DNA of 64,000 nucleotides. Source: an uncultured Eubacteriales bacterium. GTDB taxonomy: Bacteria > Bacillota > Clostridia > Christensenellales > UBA1242. Below are positions 1 to 11,199 of this stretch, piece by piece. Every line of letters begins with the position of its first letter. The stretch's first letter is position 1. The notes beneath the pieces are model-generated. The model did not search any database. It was not told where the DNA came from and saw only the letters and a program-made list of their open reading frames with translations. Made by a program: the position numbers and the translations under genes. The stretch is taken from contig CAPRTS010000004.1 in assembly GCA_948695535.1 (NCBI GenBank), positions 37,608 to 101,607 of the forward strand, written 5' to 3'.

Positions 1-64
1 GACTGCAACCGTAACTAAAACGACAGCGGCTAAACCGGCGGACAAAAAAGTTGCTAAGAAACCA

Positions 65-250
65 GTGGCAGTTGGTAAAGTGCGCGTGACAATGATCCAC
101 GGCTTGGGTTCTTGCACCAAACGCCAAATCCGTACCGCTAAGGCGTTAAAATTGGCGCGTCCGGGTGACACTCGTGAATTACCGAACTTACCGTCAACGT
201 TGGGTGCTTGTAAAAAACTGGAACACTTGGTGAAAGTTGAAATTATTTAA
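65..250 (+). CDS. rpmD: 50S ribosomal protein L30
   Basis: 61-aa ORF (GTG start) with L30-like core (KVRVT..., TAKALKL, KKLEHLVKVE), directly upstream of L15-SecY-Adk-Map. The same frame stays open (TATVTKTTAAKPADKKVAKKP) back to the window edge, so the true start could lie upstream. Confidence 0.85.
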   Translation: MAVGKVRVTMIHGLGSCTKRQIRTAKALKLARPGDTRELPNLPSTLGACKKLEHLVKVEII

Positions 251-259
251 GGAGAAATT

Positions 260-703
260 ATGATTATCAATGAATTATCGCCACATCCGTTGGCAAGAAC
301 TAGAAAAAGACGTGTTGGTCGTGGTATTGGCAGTGGCATGGGTAAGACTTCGACTCGTGGCCAAAAAGGTGCCGGACAACGTTCAGGTGCTGGTCTGCGT
401 ACTGGCTTTGAAGGCGGGCAAATGCCGTTAATGCGTCGCTTGCCTAAACGTGGCTTTACCAATAACTTTGCCAAAGAATACGCAATTGTTAACGTTAGTG
501 CTTTGAACGGGTTCAAAGCTAACGCAACGGTTAATGCTGATGTTTTGCTGGAAAAGGGAATAATTTCTAAGGTAGGCGAATACGGTATTAAAATTCTTGG
601 CGATGGCGAATTGAAAGTGGCTTTGAAAATAACCGCCAATGCTTGGACCAAAGACGCCGAAAAGAAAATTAAGAAAGCAGGCGGAGAAATTAAAAAATGC
701 TAA
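260..703 (+). CDS. rplO: 50S ribosomal protein L15
   Basis: 147 aa with RKRRVGRGIGSGMGKTSTRGQKG, as in L15. AAGGAG SD upstream. Canonical position before secY. Confidence 0.95.
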   Translation: MIINELSPHPLARTRKRRVGRGIGSGMGKTSTRGQKGAGQRSGAGLRTGFEGGQMPLMRRLPKRGFTNNFAKEYAIVNVSALNGFKANATVNADVLLEKGIISKVGEYGIKILGDGELKVALKITANAWTKDAEKKIKKAGGEIKKC

Positions 704-2019
704 AAACACTGCGCGAAGCATTTGCTCAAAAAGACTTACGACGTAAGATTTTACTAACTTTTGCGTTGATGTTAGTGTATTGTTTCGGCTGTTTTTTGCC
801 GGTGCCAGGTATTGACCCGGCCGTTTTTGAAGCAGGGGTTAAGGATAGTGGAGCAAACAGTTTTTTAAGCCTGCTGTCTTCCTTAACCGGTGGCGCTTTG
901 TCTAAGGGAGCGTTTTTTGCGATTGGAATTTCACCATACATTACGTCGTCGATTGTGGTGCAGTTGTTGACGGTGGCGATTCCGGCTTTGCAACGTTTGT
1001 CTAAACAGGGTAGCGATGGCCGTAAAAAGATTTCAGTTATAACCCGTTACGTTGCGTTGGTGTTAGCAACTGTGCAAGCAATTGCAATTGTTTTGTCGCT
1101 GAATACTACCAGTGGGGGAACACTGTTGTGGCAAGAAGCGCCTGATTTCTTGGTTAAAATTATGGTAATTATCTCGTTAGTGGCGGGGGCAATGTTGACC
1201 GTTTGGCTTGGTGACAAAATTACCGAGATCGGTGTGGCCAATGGCATGAGCATGTTAGTCTTTGTTGGTATTTTAAGTTCGGGTGTATCGGCTTTCTACG
1301 CCAGCATTGTGCGTATCTTTACTGATGGTATTGATGCCATTGTGACACCGATTATTTTTATTTTGTTATTGGTTTTTATTTTTGCTTTTATTGTTACTTT
1401 CGATTTGGCCGAACGCCGAATACCGGTAACTTACGCAAAACAAGTCAAAGGTAACAAAATGTACGGTGGCCAGTCGGCAAATATCCCGATTAAATTAAAT
1501 GCAACGGGGGTTATGCCAATTATTTTTGCCACGGCTTTGGTTAACTTCCCGCAACTGATTATGCAGATGTTATTACCCTTAGGCAGTGGTGTACAGAATG
1601 CTTACGCTTGGTATGCCAAATATATGGGAACGGGTACATGGATTAATATTGTGGTCACGGCGTTATTAATTCTTGGCTTTTCGTATTTCTACGCCACCTT
1701 GGTTTTCAATCCGCAAGATGTGTCACTACAAATTCAACGTAACGGCGGCTTTATTTTAGGTTATCGTCCGGGCAAACCAACTACCGATTATTTGAAAAAA
1801 GTTTCACACCGTATTACTTTGTTTGGCGCAATTTTCTTAATGCTGGTTGCTTTAATTCCGTCCTTAATTTTCACTTCAATTCCAGCAATTGCGGGCGATT
1901 CTTTAACATCGGCGTTCACTTCGATTGGTATGTTAGTACTGGTTTCGGTGGCTTTGGAGTTTGATAAATCAATTCAAAACCAAATGCTGATGAAGCAATA
2001 CAAAGGCTTCTTAAAATAA
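697..2019 (+). CDS. secY: preprotein translocase subunit SecY
   Basis: 440 aa, multi-spanning membrane protein. Start overlaps the L15 stop. L15-SecY-Adk-Map synteny. Confidence 0.95.
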   Translation: MLKTLREAFAQKDLRRKILLTFALMLVYCFGCFLPVPGIDPAVFEAGVKDSGANSFLSLLSSLTGGALSKGAFFAIGISPYITSSIVVQLLTVAIPALQRLSKQGSDGRKKISVITRYVALVLATVQAIAIVLSLNTTSGGTLLWQEAPDFLVKIMVIISLVAGAMLTVWLGDKITEIGVANGMSMLVFVGILSSGVSAFYASIVRIFTDGIDAIVTPIIFILLLVFIFAFIVTFDLAERRIPVTYAKQVKGNKMYGGQSANIPIKLNATGVMPIIFATALVNFPQLIMQMLLPLGSGVQNAYAWYAKYMGTGTWINIVVTALLILGFSYFYATLVFNPQDVSLQIQRNGGFILGYRPGKPTTDYLKKVSHRITLFGAIFLMLVALIPSLIFTSIPAIAGDSLTSAFTSIGMLVLVSVALEFDKSIQNQMLMKQYKGFLK

Positions 2020-2030
2020 GGGGGAACATT

Positions 2031-2660
2031 ATGAATATTATCTTGAATGGGGCAAGTGGCAGCGGCAAAGGCAGTATGGCGGCTTTGTTGGTGCGTGATT
2101 TTGGCTTAGTACATATTTCAACGGGGGATTTATTCCGTGAAAATATGGCAAAAAAGACGGAATTAGGTAAAAAGGTTGAGTCTTATGTTTCGACAGGGAA
2201 ATGGGTGCCTGATGAAGTTACTATTGCGGTATTGTTGGATCGTATTAAGCAACCTGATTGTAAAAAAGGGGTAATTTTGGACGGCTTCCCGCGTACCTTA
2301 AACCAAGCCAAAGCCTTGAAAGCAGTGCTGGACGTTGATTTAGTAATTGCTATTGACGTTACTGATGAAATTGTTCAAGCCCGTTTAGGGGGGCGTTACA
2401 TGTGTCGTAAATGCGGTACGATTCACGCGGCACGTTGGGATAAAATTGATAAATGCAAAAAATGTGGCGGTGAATTATACCAACGTGATGATGACAAGGC
2501 GGAATTTATCCAAAAACGCTTAGAAAATTTCAAACAAAATAACGCGGAGATTTTGGACTTTTACCGTGCAGACAACAAATTGTTTGTGGTGCACGATAAA
2601 TTAGAAAATACTCCCGAAGATACTTACCGCGCCGTAAAGGACGTCGTTGCTAAATTATGA
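2031..2660 (+). CDS. adk: adenylate kinase
   Basis: P-loop GASGSGKGS, GDLFR, and a Zn-lid CRKCG...CKKCGG. GGGGGA SD upstream. Confidence 0.95.
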   Translation: MNIILNGASGSGKGSMAALLVRDFGLVHISTGDLFRENMAKKTELGKKVESYVSTGKWVPDEVTIAVLLDRIKQPDCKKGVILDGFPRTLNQAKALKAVLDVDLVIAIDVTDEIVQARLGGRYMCRKCGTIHAARWDKIDKCKKCGGELYQRDDDKAEFIQKRLENFKQNNAEILDFYRADNKLFVVHDKLENTPEDTYRAVKDVVAKL

Positions 2661-3433
2661 AACAATTGACGGCAGCCCAAATCAACAATATGCGTTATGC
2701 GGGCAAAGTGCTGGCGGGAACTTTTACCCACATTCGCGAACACTTACGTGCGGGTATGACTACCGCCGACGTAGACAAAATGGCGGAAGAATACATTGTC
2801 GCCCATAATTGTTATCCTTGCTTTAAAGGTGTTTATGGTTATAAATATACTTGCAATACCAGCGTTAACGAAGAAATTATCCACGGCATACCGACGGGCA
2901 AGGTGTTACACGAAGGTGACATTCTTACGGTCGATTGCGGAGCCGGCTTTAACGGCATTTGTACCGATGCTTGTCGTACCTTTCCGGTAGGGAAGATTGC
3001 GCCCGACGCCCAAAAACTGATTGATGTGACCCGAAATTGTTTTTATCGCGCCTTAGACAAGGTAAAAGTTGGCGCCGAAGCCACAATTGTCGGTAAAACT
3101 ATTGAAAATTACCTTAACGGAGTGGGTGGTTACAGTATTTTGGAAGATTATTTTGGTCATGGTATCGGTAAAAATCTGCACGAAGACCCGTTAATTCCTA
3201 ATTATATTGTGCGTAACGCCCGATTGGAACGGGAAGTTCGCAAAAAATTTCAGGCTAATACCGCAATTTGTATTGAACCAATGATTTTTCAGGGTGACAG
3301 TAACGCCACCAAAGTTGCGCCCGATGGTTGGACGGTAATTTCGACAACGGGGGCTTTAAGCGCGCATTACGAAAATACTATTTTGATAACTGATCATGGT
3401 GTTGAAGTTTTAACTAACAGTGACGAAAATTAA
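2657..3433 (+). CDS. map: type I methionine aminopeptidase
   Basis: 258 aa with MetAP-like motifs (GDILTVDCGA, FGHGIGKNLHEDP, CIEPM). ATGA overlap with adk. Confidence 0.95.
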   Translation: MKQLTAAQINNMRYAGKVLAGTFTHIREHLRAGMTTADVDKMAEEYIVAHNCYPCFKGVYGYKYTCNTSVNEEIIHGIPTGKVLHEGDILTVDCGAGFNGICTDACRTFPVGKIAPDAQKLIDVTRNCFYRALDKVKVGAEATIVGKTIENYLNGVGGYSILEDYFGHGIGKNLHEDPLIPNYIVRNARLEREVRKKFQANTAICIEPMIFQGDSNATKVAPDGWTVISTTGALSAHYENTILITDHGVEVLTNSDEN

Positions 3434-4011
3434 CTTTTAATACCAACGCCTTTGGGAGTTAAAATGTATTCAGTTTGTGTGCGTTGCATAATGGTGCCAC
3501 CGATAGCGTTCATAAAACCACAGATATAGTCTAAATGCCGTTGTGCGTCCGCAATGTTGGCCAAAGAAACAATACACGCGTTACCACTGGCTAAATTGGA
3601 TAAAATGGCCGAAATTTCGGCGGGTGATTTTGGTGAAATTACCAATAAATTTTGGTTAGCCGTGGCTTGCCCTAATAAAGCGTTATTAAAAGTGGACGTA
3701 ACGTTGCTGCTGTACGCGTTAAATGTTTGTTGAGTTGGCGTAGGAGGTACTGGCTCGGTTGTTGCCGTAGTGGCTTTGGCCGTTGGTTCAGTAGTCGGGT
3801 GCACATTGGTATCGCCGTATAAAATGTATTCGGCGGCCAAACGTTTGTCGGTTGGTGTATTATCGGTAACCGGTGTTGGCTGTTCAGTAACTGGTTCGTT
3901 GGTCACTTCGGTTTCGTCTATGGCGGATTCGTCGTCCATGGCCGTTGGCGCGGGGTCTTTTTTCTTTTTTTCAATAGTTAAACCGTTTTTCAGTAAGTTA
4001 AATAATCCCAT
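3430..4011 (-). CDS. sepF: cell division protein SepF-like
   Basis: Low-complexity Pro/Thr-rich N-terminal half. The C-terminal ~80 aa (LLVISPKSPAEISAILSNLASGNACIVSL...AQRHLDYICGFMNAIGGTI) matches the SepF/DUF552 core pattern. Shares a TTAA stop overlap with map. Confidence 0.75.
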   Translation of the reverse strand: MGLFNLLKNGLTIEKKKKDPAPTAMDDESAIDETEVTNEPVTEQPTPVTDNTPTDKRLAAEYILYGDTNVHPTTEPTAKATTATTEPVPPTPTQQTFNAYSSNVTSTFNNALLGQATANQNLLVISPKSPAEISAILSNLASGNACIVSLANIADAQRHLDYICGFMNAIGGTIMQRTQTEYILTPKGVGIKS

Positions 4012-4070
4012 GATTAATTATGACCTATATTTTAATTGTTTGCAATTAGATTTATTGTTATAATTAAAGT

Positions 4071-6282
<2,212 letters not shown>

Positions 6283-6334
6283 TTTCACGTGGTAAATGAA
6301 CGGCCAGTTGTGGTAAAAAGTTCATAAAAAACAC

Positions 6335-6363
6335 TTGTAACAGTGGGGTAATTGTGCTATAAT
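6335..6363 (+). promoter_or_regulatory. sigma-A-type promoter TTGTAA-N17-TATAAT (TG-extended) ending 7 nt before ATG 6371
   Basis: Hexamers read directly. No SD between the -10 box and the ATG, so the geometry is leaderless. Confidence 0.5.
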
Positions 6364-6393
6364 AATTTATATGAAAAATACGACCGAGAACTT

Positions 6394-6435
<42 letters not shown>

Positions 6436-6458
6436 GTAAACTAACTATTTTTGGCAGT

Positions 6459-8315
6459 TTGTTAACTGCTGTTATTTTAATTGGCGTGGCGGTGATTACC
6501 GCGTGCGCCGTCAATATTAAACCGGCCAAGGCTGCGGGTGAACCGACCGCCACGCCGACCATTTTGGGTGGGGCGGTTGCCGAATACACGGGTACCGCAC
6601 AAAAAATCGTTACGGATTTACCATCGGGTATGAAATATATAATTCGTACAGACAAAATTGATACCACCAATATCGACGCGGGCAAAATTGTGCCGACTGG
6701 TTACACTGCGTTAGATTACTTGCAAAGTACGGGTACGCAATATATTGATACGGGGGTATTGGCGTCGGGCGACACACGAGTAGTAATTGATTGGCAATTT
6801 AATGATATTACGAATGCTCAACAACGCATTTTTGGTAATATGACGGGAAGTGATAGTTTTAATTTTGAAATATATCTTAACTCTCACTTTGGGATTTCGT
6901 ATTGTTATAATGATGATAATGGTAATTGGGTTAATACTCAGGTTGCAGCTGATACCGAGCGTCATGTTTTTGATCTCAATGGTTTAGCAAAAACTTTGCA
7001 AATTGACAATGGTAAAACTTTTAACAGTGGATTAAGTTATAATACTGTGAATAATTTTTCGGATACAACAATCGCTATATTTTTTAATCGTATAATGAAT
7101 AGTAGTGACTGTGTTGCTCACGCTAACGCGTACAGTTGCCAAATGTACGAAAAAGGCGTATTGCAACGTGATTTCGTTCCCGTGCGCGCCGACGACGGTA
7201 CGTTAGGCATGTACGATTTGTGCACGGGTGAATTGTACAAAAACCAAGGCGATGGTGACGATTTTGTTGCGGGCGATGAAGTCAATACCGCCATTAAAGA
7301 TTGGGAATGGCTGGACAGTGTGGACGATGAGCAAAACAATGTAACTTTGCAAGCCAACACCAAATATTACGTTTATTATTACACGCCGAACACCGACACC
7401 ACCACGGTGACCCCGTTGGCGGTTAAAGAATTTTACGTAAATTGTACCAACCATGTGTACGGCGAGTGGACAATCACCACGCCGGCGACGTGTACCACCG
7501 ACGGTGTCCGCGAACACACTTGTACGGGTTGTGGTCATGCCGAAAGTGAAACAATTACGGCGCTGGGGCACGATTACCAAGGTGTACCCGTCGCCCCGAC
7601 TTGCGGTGCACAAGGTTACACCGTGTATACTTGCACCCGTTGCCCAGAGCAGTACCAAGATGATTTTGTCGCCGCCACAGGCGAACATAGTTGGGGCGAA
7701 TGGACGACTACGGACGAACCAACCTGTACCGACGGCGGTACTCAGCAACATACTTGTAACGCGTGCGGTTTGACCGAAAGCGAACACACGTCCGCCACGG
7801 GGCATAATTACGGCACGCAAATTATTGATCCCACCTGTACCGCGGCGGGGTATACCGAACACGCTTGCCAAAATCCGGGCTGTACCGCCAGTTACCGCGA
7901 CGAACCTACCGCCGCCTTAGGTCACGAGTACGGGGATACGGTGCACCAACCGACCTGTACGGAAAGCGGTTATACCACGCACCAATGCCAACGTTGCGAA
8001 CACAGTTATAATGATACTTATACCGCGGCCACTGGTCACAAGTATGGCACTTGGACAACGACCGAACCGGCGACGACCGACCACCCGGGCGAACAACAAC
8101 GTACTTGCGAAGTTTGCGGTGCGATGCAAACGCGGACTTTACCGGCCTTGGCCGGTACCACCACTAACGGTGGCGAAAAAGATAATTCGGGCCCGTTGCT
8201 GTGGGGCATAATTATTGGTGCGATTGCGGTCTTGGCGGGTTGTGGTGGCTTGGCGTGGTTGCTGATTGTCTTGTTCAAACCCAAACACCCCAAAGCCGAA
8301 GTCGCGGCGGCGTAA
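6459..8315 (+). CDS. membrane-anchored surface protein with six Cys3-His modules; probable true start is ATG 6371, currently frameshifted by the GCAA tract
   Basis: 618-aa ORF as called from TTG 6459. Its frame is open back to 6375 through the repeat. Has an N-terminal hydrophobic segment, six ~38-aa H-x-[YW]-G...PTC...C-x2-C modules, and a C-terminal TM (LLWGIIIGAIAVLAGCGGLAWLLIVLF). Confidence 0.7.
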   Translation: MLTAVILIGVAVITACAVNIKPAKAAGEPTATPTILGGAVAEYTGTAQKIVTDLPSGMKYIIRTDKIDTTNIDAGKIVPTGYTALDYLQSTGTQYIDTGVLASGDTRVVIDWQFNDITNAQQRIFGNMTGSDSFNFEIYLNSHFGISYCYNDDNGNWVNTQVAADTERHVFDLNGLAKTLQIDNGKTFNSGLSYNTVNNFSDTTIAIFFNRIMNSSDCVAHANAYSCQMYEKGVLQRDFVPVRADDGTLGMYDLCTGELYKNQGDGDDFVAGDEVNTAIKDWEWLDSVDDEQNNVTLQANTKYYVYYYTPNTDTTTVTPLAVKEFYVNCTNHVYGEWTITTPATCTTDGVREHTCTGCGHAESETITALGHDYQGVPVAPTCGAQGYTVYTCTRCPEQYQDDFVAATGEHSWGEWTTTDEPTCTDGGTQQHTCNACGLTESEHTSATGHNYGTQIIDPTCTAAGYTEHACQNPGCTASYRDEPTAALGHEYGDTVHQPTCTESGYTTHQCQRCEHSYNDTYTAATGHKYGTWTTTEPATTDHPGEQQRTCEVCGAMQTRTLPALAGTTTNGGEKDNSGPLLWGIIIGAIAVLAGCGGLAWLLIVLFKPKHPKAEVAAA

Positions 8316-8344
8316 ACGTATACAGTAATCGACAAAATAAGTGT

Positions 8345-8373
8345 TTGCTTAATTAGTGAATAGGGGGTATATA
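8345..8373 (+). promoter_or_regulatory. TTGCTT-N17-TATATA promoter, 6 nt before the yajC ATG
   Basis: Read directly. The only G-rich run is part of the spacer. Confidence 0.45.
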
Positions 8374-8379
8374 TAACTT

Positions 8380-8865
8380 ATGATTAAAGAAATTTTAGCC
8401 GGTACCGAAATTGTTTCGTACATTTTAATTGGTGTGTTGTTGGTCGGTATGATCGTGATGATGTTCGTGCAAGGGCGTCGTTCCAAAAAAGCGCAAGACG
8501 ATTACATGTCGATGTTGGATACTTTGCGGGTGGGTGTCAAAGTCAAAATGGCGTCGGGTTTATTGGGACGTATTAAAGAGATTCGCGAAGAAGCCCCCGG
8601 TTTCAAAACGATTGTGGTCAGCACCGGTGATGACAAAAACGCCACGACGATGACCTTTATGATTGAAGCGGTGCAAGGCATCGTTAACGAGGAAGCGATT
8701 AACCGTTTGAACGTGGAGCAGTTAGCGGCCGCCGTTAATGCCCAAGAAGCGGGTGCGGAAACGACTGCGACCACCGACACAGTTACCAAAGTTAATGGCG
8801 AACCGGTTGACGAAAAACCCGCCGCCACCAAGCCAACAACCAAGAAAAAAACAAAAAGCAACTGA
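8380..8865 (+). CDS. yajC: preprotein translocase subunit YajC with a long low-complexity tail
   Basis: Single N-terminal TM, then QDDYMSMLDTLRVGVKVKMASGLLGRIKEI, resembling the YajC core. At 161 aa it is longer than usual. Its tail overlaps the convergent ORF by 74 nt. Confidence 0.7.
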   Translation: MIKEILAGTEIVSYILIGVLLVGMIVMMFVQGRRSKKAQDDYMSMLDTLRVGVKVKMASGLLGRIKEIREEAPGFKTIVVSTGDDKNATTMTFMIEAVQGIVNEEAINRLNVEQLAAAVNAQEAGAETTATTDTVTKVNGEPVDEKPAATKPTTKKKTKSN

Positions 8866-9751
8866 CCAAAACGCCAATCAATGGGTAACCCCATTGTACA
8901 ATGTGGTTGAAACCACAAAAGGACGCGATAAAAGCCAGCCCGCTGATGCCGAGTAGCACCGTGCGGGTTTTTTGTTTTGTTTTCGGCAACGCAATTTGTA
9001 CTTTCTGCACGATAGCGAACAAGGCGGCGTATTGGCTGGTTAACATGGCCAACAAAATAACGATGAAAGTTGCGGGGTGGTGACTGCACGCCAGCAAGGG
9101 CAAGGCGGCGTCGGCGGTGTCAGTAATCACGATTGTTTTCAAAATTAAGTAGACCAGCACCGCAATAATCACCGCGGTTACTAAGCCTGCCGTATACAAA
9201 GTGCGTTTACGGTAACGCGGGGCGGCCGCCGCCACCAGTTCGGGGAGCATCATGCAATTTAACCCCGCGTACAAAGTCGCCCACAATATGCCCTGTGGTA
9301 TAGCGTGGTAAGTGGTAATGGGATCAAGGGGAATCACCAGACTGCGGAAGCACACGCCAAACAACACGATAATGATGCTGATGACCACCAAGGTGTTAAA
9401 ACGTGTCAAGCGTTCAAAACCAAAGCAGACCACCATGCCCGCTACGATCAGGCTTAATAAACTGCCACCGACGCCGGCCAACTGGGTGACGCCCGCGGTC
9501 ATGGCCGTGAACATAATGAAATAAAGGCCAATAAACGCGTAATTAAGCAGTGGGTGTTGGCGGTGCGTTCCTGTGTACCCGCAATGGATACTTAACGCGA
9601 TTAACGCGAACATAGCGACCCCGACCAGCAACGCAATCAGCCACAAGGGTAAGCCTAAGCCACCAAAAAAGGTGACGATTTCCGCACCGGTGGCGAAACC
9701 CGCCCCGATAATCGTGCCAATAAACAACATGGTCATGGTCAGTACACCCAT
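8792..9751 (-). CDS. YkvI-family membrane protein (putative transporter)
   Basis: 319 aa, ~10 TM. The N-terminal IGTIIGAGFATGAEIVTFFGG matches the YkvI-type motif as I recall it. Confidence 0.65.
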   Translation of the reverse strand: MGVLTMTMLFIGTIIGAGFATGAEIVTFFGGLGLPLWLIALLVGVAMFALIALSIHCGYTGTHRQHPLLNYAFIGLYFIMFTAMTAGVTQLAGVGGSLLSLIVAGMVVCFGFERLTRFNTLVVISIIIVLFGVCFRSLVIPLDPITTYHAIPQGILWATLYAGLNCMMLPELVAAAAPRYRKRTLYTAGLVTAVIIAVLVYLILKTIVITDTADAALPLLACSHHPATFIVILLAMLTSQYAALFAIVQKVQIALPKTKQKTRTVLLGISGLAFIASFCGFNHIVQWGYPLIGVLVSCFLFFSWLLAWWRRVFRQPVRH

Positions 9752-9754
9752 GGT

Positions 9755-10120
9755 TTAATCCTCTTGTTCCGCGAACAGTTTGACCATGGTAATGTTGCGG
9801 CGAACTTTTTCGGTTTTCTTGTTTTCTAAATTATTGTACATCATGCCCATAATTACGGGGGGTAAGTATGCACCGTCTTTAATTAACTCGCGGTAGGTTT
9901 GCGAACTTTTTTCAAACTCACCCAAGGCAGAGTAACATTTGGCAATAAAAATGCCGATAGCTGTTTGGCGTGCCTTGGTGTCGGCATATTTTTTGGCAAT
10001 TTGAGCGGCGGTTAAAGCCGCGTTGGTTTGGTGCTGTTGGTAAGCTAGTTCGGCACGCGCAATATAGTACTCCCAACCATCATAAAGGTCACAAACCGTT
10101 GCCATACCCATGTATATCAA
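9755..10120 (-). CDS. hypothetical helical (TPR-like) protein
   Basis: 121-aa ORF immediately upstream of, and co-oriented with, the YkvI-like gene. Helical-repeat-like composition only. Confidence 0.4.
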   Translation of the reverse strand: MIYMGMATVCDLYDGWEYYIARAELAYQQHQTNAALTAAQIAKKYADTKARQTAIGIFIAKCYSALGEFEKSSQTYRELIKDGAYLPPVIMGMMYNNLENKKTEKVRRNITMVKLFAEQED

Positions 10121-10171
10121 AAAGTAGTAAAATTTATTGCTTAATTTGTCAAAAAATGGTAAGTAATAAAT

Positions 10172-11194
10172 ATGGGTTTACTGAAAAATATTGAATGGAA
10201 AGATAATTCCAACAACACGCTGGTTCATAAGTTGGACATGAAAAACGATTACATTTCCAAAGGGTCGGTTTTAACCGTGCGTGACGGCCAAGTAGCGGTC
10301 TTTGCCACCGAAGGTAAAATGGCCGACGTGTTTTTACCTGGTCGTTACAAATTGGATACCAAAAGTATTCCCATTATAACTAAGTTGATGTCCTGGAAGT
10401 ATGGTTTCCAAAATCCGTTCCGCAGTGACGTTTATTTTGTTTCAACCAAGCAATTTACTAACCAAAAATGGGGCACGCCTAATCCAATTACTATTCGTGA
10501 CCAAGAATACGGGGCGGTGCGTGTGCGTGGTTTCGGTACTTACGGTTTCCGTGTACAAGATGCTTACGTGTTCCTAACTGAACTGTCGGGCTCGAAGTAC
10601 GCTTTTACTACGGAAGAAATTGCTGACTATCTGCGCAGTATTGTGGTTAGTGGTATTACCGACGCTATTGGTGAAAGTAAGTTGTCAATTTTGGATTTTG
10701 CTGCGAACTTAGAAGAATTGGGACAGGCCGTCCAACAAAGTTTGACCAAGACATTCAGCACCTTAGGTTTAGAACTGACCCGTTTTACTTTTGAAAATTT
10801 TTCGTTACCCGAAGAACTGGAAAAAGCTTTGGACAAAAACGCAGCGGCGATGATGCGTCGTAACACGACTGACATTGAAATGCGCTTGGCGCAAGCCGAA
10901 GCCTTGAAAGAGGCCGCGAAGAACCCGGGCATGGCGGGCTCAATGTTGGGGGCGGGGATTGGCATGGGTATGGGTGCCAATATGGGACGTATGTTCGGTC
11001 AAATCAGTGACCCTGCGTACACTAATCATAACGCACAACGTTTTTGTCCCGAGTGCGGTGCAACGGTTGGTGCCAAAGCCAAATTTTGTGTGATGTGTGG
11101 TGCCAAAATGGCTGCAGTGAATACTTGCGGAAAGTGTGGAGCAACGGTCAAGCCGGGGTCAAAATTTTGCCCCGAATGTGGCAATAAATTGTAA
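10172..11194 (+). CDS. SPFH-domain protein with C-terminal double zinc ribbon (YdjI/COG4260-like)
   Basis: The N-terminus (VLTVRDGQVAVFATEGKMADVFLPGRYKLDT...WKYGFQNPFRSDVYFVSTKQFTNQKWGT) matches the YdjI-type family. The C-terminus has CPECG...CVMCG and CGKCG...CPECG. Confidence 0.75.
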   Translation: MGLLKNIEWKDNSNNTLVHKLDMKNDYISKGSVLTVRDGQVAVFATEGKMADVFLPGRYKLDTKSIPIITKLMSWKYGFQNPFRSDVYFVSTKQFTNQKWGTPNPITIRDQEYGAVRVRGFGTYGFRVQDAYVFLTELSGSKYAFTTEEIADYLRSIVVSGITDAIGESKLSILDFAANLEELGQAVQQSLTKTFSTLGLELTRFTFENFSLPEELEKALDKNAAAMMRRNTTDIEMRLAQAEALKEAAKNPGMAGSMLGAGIGMGMGANMGRMFGQISDPAYTNHNAQRFCPECGATVGAKAKFCVMCGAKMAAVNTCGKCGATVKPGSKFCPECGNKL

Positions 11195-11199
11195 GGCAG

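Noticed and set aside
1-64. Open frame continuous with L30 back to the window edge (possible S5-L30 fusion or extended L30)
   Set aside because: This cannot be resolved from 64 nt. The Lys/Ala-rich stretch resembles neither S5 nor L30 cores. GTG 65 gives a normal-length L30.
3434-4070. Synteny break: the spc/alpha ribosomal cluster stops after map (no infA-rpmJ-rpsM-rpsK-rpoA-rplQ) and is replaced by convergent sepF
   Set aside because: This is real but ordinary genome rearrangement. The missing genes are presumably elsewhere, and nothing in the sequence suggests a mobile-element or regulatory cause.
8792-8865. 74-nt convergent overlap between the yajC tail and the YkvI-like gene end
   Set aside because: This is probably just one or both low-complexity tails running on to the next stop. 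There is no sign of a functional antisense arrangement. It was noted only as an annotation caveat.
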